Shown here piece after piece: positions 45,864 through 56,733 of a stretch of DNA of 64,000 nucleotides (positions are counted from its first letter, which is position 1; the number at the start of each line of letters is the position of its first letter). Origin of the DNA: Methanobacteriota archaeon (GTDB taxonomy: Archaea > Thermoplasmatota > Thermoplasmata > SG8-5 > JAGLSY01); contig JAEHCO010000001.1 in assembly GCA_020697715.1 (NCBI GenBank), positions 64,001 through 128,000 of the forward strand, in the 5' to 3' direction. Below the pieces are notes generated by a model. That model was not told the DNA's origin. It saw only the letters and a program-made list of their open reading frames with translations, and made no database searches. Both the position numbers and the translations under genes were made by a program.

Positions 45864-48347
45864 GTGAGAATAATGGGAAAAAAATATGGATATAAACAGA
45901 TAATGAGTTTTTTGATTTGTATAGCTTTGCTAACTACATCAGCTTCTATTGTCCTGGCCAAGGCTGGGGGATACTTTGACAGTGCTCAGACAGGCTGCGG
46001 TAGTTGCCATGGGGATACAGAGGATATGACCATCATCATAACCTTGACTGGCCTACCTGCTTCATACACTCCAGACCAGACATATCCACTGACCTTGAGT
46101 GTCAGCGGCGGGACAGGAACTAGTGAGGGAGCTTTCAATCTAGAGGTCTCTGCAGGCACCTTATCCACGACAGATCCAAACGTGGATATTGATTCGACCC
46201 CGAACCAGGCCGCACAGAACACAGACCAGTTCACAAGCTGGGATATGGACTGGACAGCTCCCAGTGCGGGTGCGGGAACCATCACAGTTTGGACTGTCGG
46301 AATGACATCCAATGCAGATGGGTCAAAGAACGATGGAGATACATGGCGTTTGGCCTCTTGGACCTCTGACGAGGAAGCCGGAGGAGACACCACATCACCC
46401 ACGATCACATCTACAACACCAGTGGATGGAGCAACTGATGTTGCTACGGGAACTGATATTGTCATCACCTTTGATGAAGCAATGAACACGGGAACTATCA
46501 CATACACATGCACACCAGACCCTGGAGGATGGGGAGAGACATGGAGCGGTGGAAATACTGTTCTCACACTCAGCCATAATAACTTCGCTGATTCCACATT
46601 GTACACATTTGATGTGACAGGAGGAGAAGATGTGGCTGGTAATCCATTAGCGGCAGGTATTGTCCCCAATCCATTCGACTTCACAACACTAATTATCTCA
46701 AATCCAATTATTTCCAACTCAGCACCGATCGATGGCGCTATGGATATTCCAATAACTAGCGATGTGGTCATAACATTCGATGTGGAAATGAATACCGGAT
46801 CAATAACATACACTTGTACACCAGACCCAGGAGGATGGGGAGAGGTTTGGAGCGGCGGGAATACCGTTCTCACACTCAGCCATAATGACTTCGCCGATTC
46901 CACCCCGTATACGTTCGAGGTGGATGGCGGCTTAGATCTAGGTGGCAATCCATTGATCGCAGGGCCTGTTCCGAATCCATTCGACTTCACAACCATAACT
47001 ATTGATCTGACTCCACCTGGAGCAGTCACTGGCCTTACAGTGGAGCATTACGGAACTGGGGGAGCAGGAGGGGATGCATTCCCCAACCTTGCCGGAGCAC
47101 TAGATACAACCATAGATTCATTGGTCGATATACAGGCGGATGATGCAGCAGGAGCTTCACCAAGTGCGGTGGTCGCTGCTGACGGATGGTATACCGTCGA
47201 CAAGGGCATTGTATTATTTATGGATGGTTTTGACATAACTGGCTTGAGTGGCACGGTCACTGAAGCTACACTGGAAGTGCAATATTCGGTGGAAGGCGGA
47301 TACACAGGTAGCAATGCGATTCAATGGGCCCTGGATGGTGGTGGACTCGCCTCCACAGGAATTACACCAGCAAATGGTCAATTGGATCAGATAGGTACAT
47401 ACGACCTCTTCGCGCAGGGTGTTGATACCCTTGCAGAGATATCCACACTGGATGTGGAATTCACCAGCAATGATGGTGCAGGACCTACAGCGGTCTCCTT
47501 TGACTACATAAAGATAATGGTAGTAGCCAGTGGAGGCGGAGGCCTGGATGACAATGCTGTCAATTGGACTGCCAGTTCTGATGACGGAGCAGGAGCAGAT
47601 GATGTGGACTATTACAATATCTACCGTTCGGATGTTCAGACTGGTCCATGGGATTTGGCTCATATGATCGATACTGTAACTGCGACTGGAGCGGCATCAT
47701 ACAGCTATATCGATCTCCTGAAAGGACAGGCAGATGCCACTGACTGGTGGTACGTGGTAAGGGCAGTTGATCTTTCATCCAATGAAGAGATGAACACGGT
47801 CTCGGTTCAAGAGCCCGTGGCGATCGTTCCAGAGTACCTCATTCCGGTGCAGGCAGGTTGGAACTTCATATCCATGAAACTGATGCCAGGTGACACTTCC
47901 ATACCCAATGTACTGACGGATCTGGATGGAGACACCACCTGGATATGCCTCCAATACTATGATGGTTCCAATGTGACAGATCACTGGAAGGCCTATGATC
48001 CTGCAATACCAGTCATCTCAGACCTATCCAATCTGGACGAGACCATGGGAGTATGGATATTAGTGGACGTGGTTGGAGACGGATTCATCAAGGTAGAGGG
48101 GGATGAACCCATTAGCACTGACATAGAACTGGTAGCTGGCTGGAACATGGTGGGCTTTCCATCACAGGTAGAGGGGGACACCGCCGGAGATCTGAAAACA
48201 GATTCTGGTGGCCTAGTGACATCGATTGAAAGGTTCAATGATGTGGCATCCTACAACATAGAGATCATGCCTGATGGAGATGCATTCCAGATAGGACAAG
48301 CATATTGGGTATACTGTACGAGTGCTTTCACCTGGACAATTCCATAA
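45864..48347 (+). CDS. Secreted/surface protein: signal peptide, CxxCH + Reeler-like domain, two SbsA-type Ig domains, FN3-like region, GWN-motif C-terminal domain
   Basis: Hydrophobic N-terminus, GCGSCHG, LP.SYTP.QTY.LT...WTAP, duplicated Ig unit, AGWNFIS and AGWNMVGFP. Confidence 0.8.
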   Translation: MRIMGKKYGYKQIMSFLICIALLTTSASIVLAKAGGYFDSAQTGCGSCHGDTEDMTIIITLTGLPASYTPDQTYPLTLSVSGGTGTSEGAFNLEVSAGTLSTTDPNVDIDSTPNQAAQNTDQFTSWDMDWTAPSAGAGTITVWTVGMTSNADGSKNDGDTWRLASWTSDEEAGGDTTSPTITSTTPVDGATDVATGTDIVITFDEAMNTGTITYTCTPDPGGWGETWSGGNTVLTLSHNNFADSTLYTFDVTGGEDVAGNPLAAGIVPNPFDFTTLIISNPIISNSAPIDGAMDIPITSDVVITFDVEMNTGSITYTCTPDPGGWGEVWSGGNTVLTLSHNDFADSTPYTFEVDGGLDLGGNPLIAGPVPNPFDFTTITIDLTPPGAVTGLTVEHYGTGGAGGDAFPNLAGALDTTIDSLVDIQADDAAGASPSAVVAADGWYTVDKGIVLFMDGFDITGLSGTVTEATLEVQYSVEGGYTGSNAIQWALDGGGLASTGITPANGQLDQIGTYDLFAQGVDTLAEISTLDVEFTSNDGAGPTAVSFDYIKIMVVASGGGGLDDNAVNWTASSDDGAGADDVDYYNIYRSDVQTGPWDLAHMIDTVTATGAASYSYIDLLKGQADATDWWYVVRAVDLSSNEEMNTVSVQEPVAIVPEYLIPVQAGWNFISMKLMPGDTSIPNVLTDLDGDTTWICLQYYDGSNVTDHWKAYDPAIPVISDLSNLDETMGVWILVDVVGDGFIKVEGDEPISTDIELVAGWNMVGFPSQVEGDTAGDLKTDSGGLVTSIERFNDVASYNIEIMPDGDAFQIGQAYWVYCTSAFTWTIP
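46398..46994 (+). repeat. Internal tandem duplication of an Ig-like domain (306-bp period)
   Basis: ITYTCTPDPGGWGE.WSGGNTVLTLSHN.FADST and VPNPFDFTT both occur twice. Confidence 0.9.
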
Positions 48348-48394
48348 TATCATGTGAATGAATGATAAATTAGAGTGGAGTGAGAGACGATATA

Positions 48395-48436
48395 ACGGAG
48401 TCCATATCTATTCTAATGGCAATCATATTCACCTTT
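48395..48436 (+). pseudogene. Diverged stub of the first 14 codons of the AglH-like gene at 55566, with start mutated to ACG
   Basis: (T)ESISILMAIIFTF versus MESISILMAVFFSF; 32/42 nt and 10/14 aa identical. Confidence 0.72.
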
Positions 48437-48524
48437 ATACCTATCCTCAAGAGTAAAATGCACTGAATGTTTTATATATAATAAAAATAGTACTTACATA
48501 AAATATAACAAACGGGGTGCGAAA

Positions 48525-51500
48525 ATGAAGACAGAGAAGATCTTAACCTTGGTCATTGTGTTAATGATGAGCTTGACACCAGTGACTGGCATGACTTTTA
48601 ATGATAATGCGAATGATAGTATTGTGGATCCAATTGTTCCGATGACCTCCACCATGGTCTATGGATGGGTGAATGATACTGGTAGCAATCCAATGCCCGG
48701 CACCAGTGTGATATTCCGAGATACAGATACCGAGGGGATAATATTCTCGACTTCGACAAATGCAACTGGCTACTATAATATCACTATAAATGTGACCTAT
48801 GATGGGCATATATTCGAGATGTATGGGGTTAACAATGTCGCTTATCTGTATCAGAATTATGTGGGATTCAATGAGGGGAGCAACAGGGAAATAAGCTTCG
48901 ACCTGAATATGGCTCCAGCCAGGGATTGCTCTTTGGAAGGTTATATCACAGATTCTCTGACTGGCATGCCAATAGCTGGCATCAATATCACCGCTTCTGG
49001 TAATTCTTATTTGAACTCTACACAGACAAATGCCACTGGCTACTACCACATGGGCTTCATTCCTGATCAATATTCAATGGGCCCCGATGTTGATGGATAT
49101 GAGGACTGGGTGGAGCAATTTTACTTGAATTCCGGAGATAATTCATGGAGGAACATCACCCTGGAGCCCATCAATTCCACCCTCAAGGGCTATGTTCTCA
49201 GCAGTGGAGGACCACTGGACAATGCCCAGATCAGCATAACCGACCCCTGGGGCGGCGCCTGGAGTGGAATAAGATACGAGGCCTGGACCGATGCCACAGG
49301 ATATTATGAGATCAATCTCACTCAGGGCTCCAAGCCAGTTGGTTTCAGTGCAGATGGATTCCTTTCCATTTCAAGAGCTGTCGAACTAAAATTCGACGAG
49401 ATATCTTGGCTCAATGTCACAATGCCTGATGCCCCACCAGATGATTTCATTGTATCTGGATACATAACTGATCTTAACACTGGAGATCCAATTTCAGGGG
49501 TCGTTTACCTCAATAATGCAAACCGCTCATGGTTCAATCAGACACTTGTCAATGCCACCACTGGCTATTATGAGATTTCCGGACCTTCGGAGGAGCTGAC
49601 GCTCTCGGCCCAGAGTTACTGGGGACATTATGGCAACTCCACTACCATCAACCCAATGCCCAGTGATGTGCTTACCCAGGACATGGTATTGACCAATGAC
49701 ACGGACTGGACCACCATCCAGGGGCATGTGGAGTTCGATTCCATGCTCATCACCGGAGCTCAGATCACTATCTATCATGGTAACAATAACTGGCAGACCA
49801 GTACAGATGGATTGGGAGATTATTCCATAAATGTACCATCTGGCTACATACAGATGGTCTGCTATTATAGACCAATGGATGGGACTCTTGGCTCTGAAAT
49901 GGATTCCACCTTCATGACCACACCAGCCAATGGCAATGTGTGGAAGAATTATAGTTTGAGCAGATTGTCATTGGATTCCATACTCACAGGAACAATTGAG
50001 GATTCTATGTCCGGTCTGCCTGTGGAGAATGCTCTGATATACATGGGAAACGCATTGCCTGGAATGGAAAATACCTTTGAGACTGGCGGAATGACAGATT
50101 TCAAGGGTGAATATGAGATCTTGGCACCCAGTGGCCAGTTCAATACAATGGTTCTGGCAGAGGGGTATGAGATGATCATGGATACGGTTGATACATCATC
50201 CGCGGAATGGAACTGGGATAATGCCACCCTTGACCCCATGACCGATACCATCACGATAATGGGATTCGTCAGAGATATGGACACTAGCCAATCCATAATT
50301 GGCTTGGAACCCACCGCTTCAGGAAATGACTGGATGGTATGGGGGAACGCGGAGGCGGGAGGCTATTACGAGATAGAGGTCCCTGTCGGAGAGGTTAGCC
50401 TCAGAATAGAGCCTGATTCCTATGGATATTATTCCCCAAGTGGCTTTGGATTCTATGCTGAGTCCGGAGTGGATATTTGGTTCAATGTGAGCCTACGCTC
50501 GAGACCATTGTCCATAATAGTACGCGGTTCAGTGCAGGAAAGCGATTCATCACTTGTGGCCGGAATAAATGTCACAGCCGAAGTTGGCTCTCGTGAGTTC
50601 ACGACCATAACGGATGCTGGAGGACAGTATTCATTACAAGTCCCAAGTGGAAGGATAAATATCAGAGCCAGAGATCCAGGATATGGAGCAAAGGACATCT
50701 TCTATGACTGGTTCAATCAGGAATGGGAGAACCAGCAAGTAGACCTTACAGCAGATCCAACCAATGCCACGATCTCCAATATAATTTCAGACTGGGCCTA
50801 TGATGAGGATGGAGATGGATTCTTTGACTGGCTGTATGTCAATGTCACATTGAATGTCAGTGGACAGGGAAGATTCGATCTGCAGGGCGGCCTGATGCCT
50901 ACCAAGTACATGAGCGGCGATGGTGGAATGGGCGGAAGCAGCTCCATCTACACAGACAATGAGTCTGCCTTTGACCCGGGCATGAGAGTGATCCAGCTGG
51001 CCTTCCCAGGAGCTTCCATAAGGGCTTCTGAAATGAATGGTTATTATGTTGATCTGGAAATAAGGGAGGAAAGTCAGAACTGGAACTCCGTGGACAGGTT
51101 CGGTTACAGCACGACCAGTAACTACACATGGGATCAGTTCGAGAAGCCAGATATTTCTCTGGTGAACATGCCTTTCGAATATTTCCCCGTGGACACGGAC
51201 TTTGACGGATTGTACAATCTACTACTTTTCAATGTCACGGTGGATGTGAAAGCCCCAGGCACTTATTCTGTCTTCACCATGCTTCAGAGCATGGCGCCCA
51301 ACAGGGATGACAGCGAGCTGGGTATGCAGATGACGACCGAGGAATTGGAGGCTGGAGTGCAGACCATCAGTATGTCATATTCGGGATCCAATATCCGCAA
51401 TGGAGGATATCACCTGGGTGCGATGACCGTCATGCTTTTCAATGGCTCAATTGACATGGACAATGGCAAAATGCAGGATTCAGGTATATGCTATATCCCG

Positions 51501-54500
51501 ATGGACTACAGGCAATTCCAGTACTACAATATTGATTCCTTTGTCAATGGCACAGTTATGGACACTGGTGGTGCACCACTTTCTGATATCACAGTTGGAA
51601 TTTATAATATAACTTCCAAGACCTGGAACGATACCACGACCGATGGAGCTGGCTATTACGAATTGGGTGGATGGAATGGAGAATGGTTGCTCTATATGAA
51701 CGATGACAACGATGATACGAGTGTGTATCAGAGCAATATGACAGTTTTGCAAATGCTATCCAATGATACCCAGGTCATAGACAGGAATCTTGAATACACG
51801 ATTCCAGACCAAATAATAAGGACAATAACATTCACAGACTGGAACACCACCAGGATGGAAGAGACCATCTACATCGAGAGCGACAATGAGACCATAAGAT
51901 TCGAAATGGACAGAGATCAGTTCGGAAATGGAGATGGGTTCATGAGCGAATCAGAAACAAATACGCTCATGTCATTTGTTGGAAGTGAGGTCCAGTGGGA
52001 TCCGAACACAAATGAGACCATGCTCATTGATAATATCAAATACGATATGGATGGTGGCACAAATTCAGTGGATCTGGGAATCGTTGGCTCCTATACGACA
52101 AAAGAGCGAGTGTACATTCACCAGATTGCGAATTACACTGCAAGCTCCAGTATTCCAGGTGCGACAGATCATTACCTCGAACTCAATGTCACCTATGACA
52201 ATGTGAATGTAGATCTGTTCAGTGGTGGAAATGTTTCGCTACTATGCTATATCCAGCTCCCTGGGATGTGGGGACATGTTTCTGCAATTCAGACCAATGT
52301 ATCAATATCTGGAACGAACTATGTCACTATCAACCCCGGAGGGGATCCAAATCTTGGCGACAATGATCAAACAGAATGGATAAACATAACAGCACAGGAT
52401 GGGCAGCCAGTCACTACAGGTAACCTGGCTGGGAGCATCACCCTGGATGGCAATACTCAACACTTTGGGGTCACGGTCACGGTATACAATATCACAACTG
52501 ATGCCATTGTTGCATCTGGAGTCACAGATGCAAATGGTCAATATCATATCCACGGCATAGATGCCTGGCAGTACAATGTCACTGCCAGTAAGCCAGGATA
52601 TGTGTCTGACTACACTGAGCCGGTTACCATAACTGCTGGAGGAACAACCTATGTTGATCTGACCCTCTATTCCTATCCGCCAACAATATACCATACCCAG
52701 GTAGTTTTCAATTTGGAGAATAATACAGCTCCAATACCTATCTTTGTCCAGGTATTGGATGATGGTTCTGTAGGAGAGGTGACCATGTGGATGACGGATG
52801 TTCACGGTGTACAGACAGTGACATCGATGGATGCGATGGATGCTACTAATTTCATGGCCACCATACCTTCACAGACAATTCCCGGGACATTAACATATTA
52901 CTTCATGGCCAATGACACAGCCGGTAATTCAGCGAACACAACGTCTTCTCTGAATATCATAAATGTCATTGAGCTGGCATCTCCTTTGATGACCGTTGCC
53001 ATTGATCCTTCATCTACTGAATATGGAGGATACACGAATATCAGCGCCATCATAAGTGATGATCATTCGCCTAATGTGTCAGTGTGGATCAACATCACCT
53101 ACCCAGGCGGAGGAACATATAATCATTCCTTCTACGGAGATGGTCTATTCTTTGTCAATGATACTTATCTGGACCTCGGCACATATGATTATACCATCTG
53201 GACCAATGATTCATTTGGCAATATCAATTACACTTCTGGAACATTCGTGGTTGCAGACACATTGCGCCCTATCATATCCAGCATATCAGTGTCTCCTGCA
53301 ACCCAGGAGATAGAGTCAGCGGTCAATATATCGGCTGACATTGTGGATGTGTCTGGCATCGATCAGGTCTTCATCGAGATAATTGATCCAAACAGCACCA
53401 TGACAAATGTTTCTATGAGCAATGTAGCTGGCAATTCTTATTATTGGCAAGATAATTACAATATTGTGGGAACATATGATTACACAATATGGGCAATCGA
53501 TAACAATGGATTGGTGAATTACACAATAGGCAGTTTCCTTATTCAGGATACAAATGCCCCATCCTTGATCAATCCAGTCACCATACCATCTGTCCAAGAG
53601 GCTGGAGATTCAGTCGTTGTCGGGGCAGAGATCACAGATCTTTCAGGTATCGAGGGTGCCTGGTTAGAGATCGTGGATCCAGACGGAGATATGACGAATA
53701 CCAGCATGACCCTGGGCACGGGAGATTACTACACTGTTGAGGATAATTACACCGTGATAGGGGTCTATGATTTCACCATCTGGACAAAGGATAATAATGG
53801 ATTGATCAATTCCGTATCCGGGAACTTCACCATAGAGGACACATTATTTGCCAATATATCTTCAAAAATCATCACGCCTACATCACCCGAGTTAGGCGAG
53901 GTCATCAATTTCACTGCCGAGATAAGCGACATATCTGGCATTGGATGGGTCAACCTCCTCCTGGAGAATGGCACAGCTGAAATATGGAATGTCACACTGG
54001 ATGGGAATAATACACATTACTGGTATGAATTCATCTTGCTGGAGCAGGGTACCTATCACCTTACAATGTGGGTGGAGGATATGGCGAACAATACCAACAA
54101 GGCTTCTTTGATCTTTATGGTGCAGGACACCACTAGCCCGACCTTCACAGGAGGAATGGCTATACCCCATACTCAGGAATTTGGAGAGGATATACGACTT
54201 TCCATAGATGCGGTGGATGCATCGGGAATAGAAGCTGTCTGCATCTACATCCTATATCCTGATGATACCTTCATAAATGTGACCGCGAGTCTGACCAGAG
54301 CGGAGTATTATTACATCTTGGAGATAGACTCCATCGGTACGTACAGCTACACCTTCTGGATAGATGATATGTCCGGTAATACAGCCAGCGTATCGGGGAC
54401 TTTCATTGGACGGGATACAATTGACCCGATCGCTAATGCAGGACCATCCCAGAATGTTCTCGTGAGAACTCTGGTGAATCTGGATGCCAGCCGAAGCTCG

Positions 54501-55490
54501 GACAATAATGATATAATTGAATATTTCTGGTCATTCAATGATAATGGCCTTATAAGGCGCTATGGAGAGATCGCCAATTACACATTCAACACCACAGGTA
54601 ACTATGAGATCACTTTGGTGGTGACAGACCCAAGTGGCAATGAGGATACATCTATAACATGGGTCAATGTATCCGCAATAACTGGCACCGGGACAGTGAC
54701 TGGAGCAATACTGGATACTGACGGATCCCCCATCATAGGGGTCAGGGTCTATGTAGAGGATTATCCGAGCATCGTCAATACAACAGATGATTGGGGAGTG
54801 TACATTCTGGAAAATGTACCTACTGGATCACAGACCATCATAGCTGGAAAAGATGGCTTCATAAGAGAGATCATGAACATCACGGTCCTTCAGGATCAGA
54901 TCACATCTCTTGACATGACGCTTGAGCCTTTAGCAGGAAGCACACCAGTAAATGATGATACTTCAAATGATGGCGAATCAGCAGGATTCTTCATTCTGAT
55001 CATATTGCTGGTGGTCGCAGCCCTTGTAGGTTATTTCCTGGCCACAAGGAAGAAAGGAGAAGTGCCACCTCCTGTGGAAGAGAATGGAACTATCATTGAT
55101 GAGATATTCTTCATGTACAATGATGGGAGGCTCATCAAGCATTTCACAAGACGACTGAAGCCGGATATGGACGAGGATATTCTCAGTAGCATGCTTGTCG
55201 CGGTCCAGGAATTCGTAAAGGACTCCTTCGGAGGCGATGAGGGTGCACTGGATGAGATGAAGTTTGGCAGATTCCAGGCTCTTATGGGCAGAGGTGAACA
55301 CATAATCATCGCGGCCGTGATAATAGGAGATGAAACACAGCCATTCAAACCCCAGATATCAAAATGCATCGCTGACATTGAGGAAAAATACGAGGAACAG
55401 CTTGCTAAATGGGATGGGGACGTCACATCCATCAAAGGATCCTTCAAATACGTGGTGGATCTGATAGACGGACACTATGAGGAAAAATAA
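48525..55490 (+). CDS. Giant (2321 aa) type I membrane surface glycoprotein: carboxypeptidase-regulatory-like repeats, Ig/PKD domains, TM, cytoplasmic longin-like domain
   Basis: Signal peptide; repeated G.V.D...P..GA.V...T...G.Y; DEDGDG..D motifs; PIANAG...LDAS.S.DN PKD; TM ~54980-55043; tail IIDEIFFMYNDGRLIKH...DEDILSSMLVAVQEFVKDSF. Confidence 0.85.
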   Translation: MKTEKILTLVIVLMMSLTPVTGMTFNDNANDSIVDPIVPMTSTMVYGWVNDTGSNPMPGTSVIFRDTDTEGIIFSTSTNATGYYNITINVTYDGHIFEMYGVNNVAYLYQNYVGFNEGSNREISFDLNMAPARDCSLEGYITDSLTGMPIAGINITASGNSYLNSTQTNATGYYHMGFIPDQYSMGPDVDGYEDWVEQFYLNSGDNSWRNITLEPINSTLKGYVLSSGGPLDNAQISITDPWGGAWSGIRYEAWTDATGYYEINLTQGSKPVGFSADGFLSISRAVELKFDEISWLNVTMPDAPPDDFIVSGYITDLNTGDPISGVVYLNNANRSWFNQTLVNATTGYYEISGPSEELTLSAQSYWGHYGNSTTINPMPSDVLTQDMVLTNDTDWTTIQGHVEFDSMLITGAQITIYHGNNNWQTSTDGLGDYSINVPSGYIQMVCYYRPMDGTLGSEMDSTFMTTPANGNVWKNYSLSRLSLDSILTGTIEDSMSGLPVENALIYMGNALPGMENTFETGGMTDFKGEYEILAPSGQFNTMVLAEGYEMIMDTVDTSSAEWNWDNATLDPMTDTITIMGFVRDMDTSQSIIGLEPTASGNDWMVWGNAEAGGYYEIEVPVGEVSLRIEPDSYGYYSPSGFGFYAESGVDIWFNVSLRSRPLSIIVRGSVQESDSSLVAGINVTAEVGSREFTTITDAGGQYSLQVPSGRINIRARDPGYGAKDIFYDWFNQEWENQQVDLTADPTNATISNIISDWAYDEDGDGFFDWLYVNVTLNVSGQGRFDLQGGLMPTKYMSGDGGMGGSSSIYTDNESAFDPGMRVIQLAFPGASIRASEMNGYYVDLEIREESQNWNSVDRFGYSTTSNYTWDQFEKPDISLVNMPFEYFPVDTDFDGLYNLLLFNVTVDVKAPGTYSVFTMLQSMAPNRDDSELGMQMTTEELEAGVQTISMSYSGSNIRNGGYHLGAMTVMLFNGSIDMDNGKMQDSGICYIPMDYRQFQYYNIDSFVNGTVMDTGGAPLSDITVGIYNITSKTWNDTTTDGAGYYELGGWNGEWLLYMNDDNDDTSVYQSNMTVLQMLSNDTQVIDRNLEYTIPDQIIRTITFTDWNTTRMEETIYIESDNETIRFEMDRDQFGNGDGFMSESETNTLMSFVGSEVQWDPNTNETMLIDNIKYDMDGGTNSVDLGIVGSYTTKERVYIHQIANYTASSSIPGATDHYLELNVTYDNVNVDLFSGGNVSLLCYIQLPGMWGHVSAIQTNVSISGTNYVTINPGGDPNLGDNDQTEWINITAQDGQPVTTGNLAGSITLDGNTQHFGVTVTVYNITTDAIVASGVTDANGQYHIHGIDAWQYNVTASKPGYVSDYTEPVTITAGGTTYVDLTLYSYPPTIYHTQVVFNLENNTAPIPIFVQVLDDGSVGEVTMWMTDVHGVQTVTSMDAMDATNFMATIPSQTIPGTLTYYFMANDTAGNSANTTSSLNIINVIELASPLMTVAIDPSSTEYGGYTNISAIISDDHSPNVSVWINITYPGGGTYNHSFYGDGLFFVNDTYLDLGTYDYTIWTNDSFGNINYTSGTFVVADTLRPIISSISVSPATQEIESAVNISADIVDVSGIDQVFIEIIDPNSTMTNVSMSNVAGNSYYWQDNYNIVGTYDYTIWAIDNNGLVNYTIGSFLIQDTNAPSLINPVTIPSVQEAGDSVVVGAEITDLSGIEGAWLEIVDPDGDMTNTSMTLGTGDYYTVEDNYTVIGVYDFTIWTKDNNGLINSVSGNFTIEDTLFANISSKIITPTSPELGEVINFTAEISDISGIGWVNLLLENGTAEIWNVTLDGNNTHYWYEFILLEQGTYHLTMWVEDMANNTNKASLIFMVQDTTSPTFTGGMAIPHTQEFGEDIRLSIDAVDASGIEAVCIYILYPDDTFINVTASLTRAEYYYILEIDSIGTYSYTFWIDDMSGNTASVSGTFIGRDTIDPIANAGPSQNVLVRTLVNLDASRSSDNNDIIEYFWSFNDNGLIRRYGEIANYTFNTTGNYEITLVVTDPSGNEDTSITWVNVSAITGTGTVTGAILDTDGSPIIGVRVYVEDYPSIVNTTDDWGVYILENVPTGSQTIIAGKDGFIREIMNITVLQDQITSLDMTLEPLAGSTPVNDDTSNDGESAGFFILIILLVVAALVGYFLATRKKGEVPPPVEENGTIIDEIFFMYNDGRLIKHFTRRLKPDMDEDILSSMLVAVQEFVKDSFGGDEGALDEMKFGRFQALMGRGEHIIIAAVIIGDETQPFKPQISKCIADIEEKYEEQLAKWDGDVTSIKGSFKYVVDLIDGHYEEK

Positions 55491-55565
55491 TGAGGCCACG
55501 CCCGGGTTTGATAAACCAGGTATGATGAAAAGCCATAAATATTAAGGATAGTGTGAGGTAACATA

Positions 55566-56618
55566 ATGGAGTCCATATCGATATTGATGGCAGTCTTCTT
55601 TTCCTTTGGACTGGCTGCCTTCACCACACCCTGGTTCATCAGAAAGATGGAGAGCAAGGGTCTCGTGGTCAGGGATTATTACAAATCCGGGAATAAGATG
55701 ATCCCTTCCAATGCTGGGATATTGACCCTTTTCATTGTTTTCACGACCATAATAGTACTGCCTCTGGTCTTCAGGATATTCTACAAGATAAACCTTGATT
55801 TCCCAAGGGAATTCACTGATCTGGATACTGCCATCCTCATGACCATTTTGCTTTATGCTTTCTATGGGGTTCTGGATGATTATATCGATGTTGGACGATT
55901 TTCCAAGATAATAATCCCATTGATGTTCTCGTATCCTCTTGTCATCGCCCTGAGCGGATGGAGCCCGTGGTTCCCCGGTTTGGGTCACATAGTGCTCTCG
56001 GACTTTGACATATCCTTTGGATGGTTCGGAGTTCTTACAGGTGTGATGATATTGAAATATCTCATCGTGCCAGTGTACATAATGGTGGTCGCCAATCTAA
56101 AGAACATGCATGCGGGTTTCAATGGACTTCAATCAGGATGTGCACTGATCATCCTGTCATTCTTGCTTTTGAAATCATCCATGGATGACAATCTTTCTAA
56201 TATGTACACGATAGCGGCCATAGTCGGAGCACAAGCTGTTTTCTTCTGGTATAATAAATATCCAGCCAAGATAATCGAGGGGAACATCGGATCACTGGCT
56301 GTGGGATCGGCGATCGGAGCCGCTCTTGTAGTTGAGCATTATCTGTTTGCTGGAATAGTCATGCTTATGCCTCATATAATCAATTTCCTGATGTATTTCT
56401 ACTGGAGGATCATGCAACAAAGACATCCAGAAGATCCAAAGTGGAAGATAGTGAAATGGGGAAAGGTCAGGGAGGATGGCACCCTGGAAGTTCCCAATAG
56501 GCTGACACTGAAATGGGTTCTGCCATATCATTTCAGGATGACGGAAAAACAGGCGACATACGCCATGTACATGATGACGACCGTGTTCTGCATCTTTGGA
56601 TTATTCATACCAGGCTGA
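55566..56618 (+). CDS. MraY/GPT-family UDP-GlcNAc:polyprenyl-phosphate GlcNAc-1-P transferase (AglH-like)
   Basis: YGVLDDY, ANLKNMHAGFNGL, NKYPAKIIEGN.GS. Confidence 0.85.
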   Translation: MESISILMAVFFSFGLAAFTTPWFIRKMESKGLVVRDYYKSGNKMIPSNAGILTLFIVFTTIIVLPLVFRIFYKINLDFPREFTDLDTAILMTILLYAFYGVLDDYIDVGRFSKIIIPLMFSYPLVIALSGWSPWFPGLGHIVLSDFDISFGWFGVLTGVMILKYLIVPVYIMVVANLKNMHAGFNGLQSGCALIILSFLLLKSSMDDNLSNMYTIAAIVGAQAVFFWYNKYPAKIIEGNIGSLAVGSAIGAALVVEHYLFAGIVMLMPHIINFLMYFYWRIMQQRHPEDPKWKIVKWGKVREDGTLEVPNRLTLKWVLPYHFRMTEKQATYAMYMMTTVFCIFGLFIPG

Positions 56619-56733
56619 ACACAACGGGTTGTTCATTCCTGGTTGGTCTATTTCCAATTCCCGCATTCGATTATTTCTTAAAAAAGAAGGAATTTAATAG
56701 CAGCTTTTCATTAGGGGGCTCATCAGTTTTCAG

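Noticed and set aside
45986-47029. 347-aa minus-strand ORF
   Set aside because: Antisense to the well-supported surface protein, with no motifs of its own
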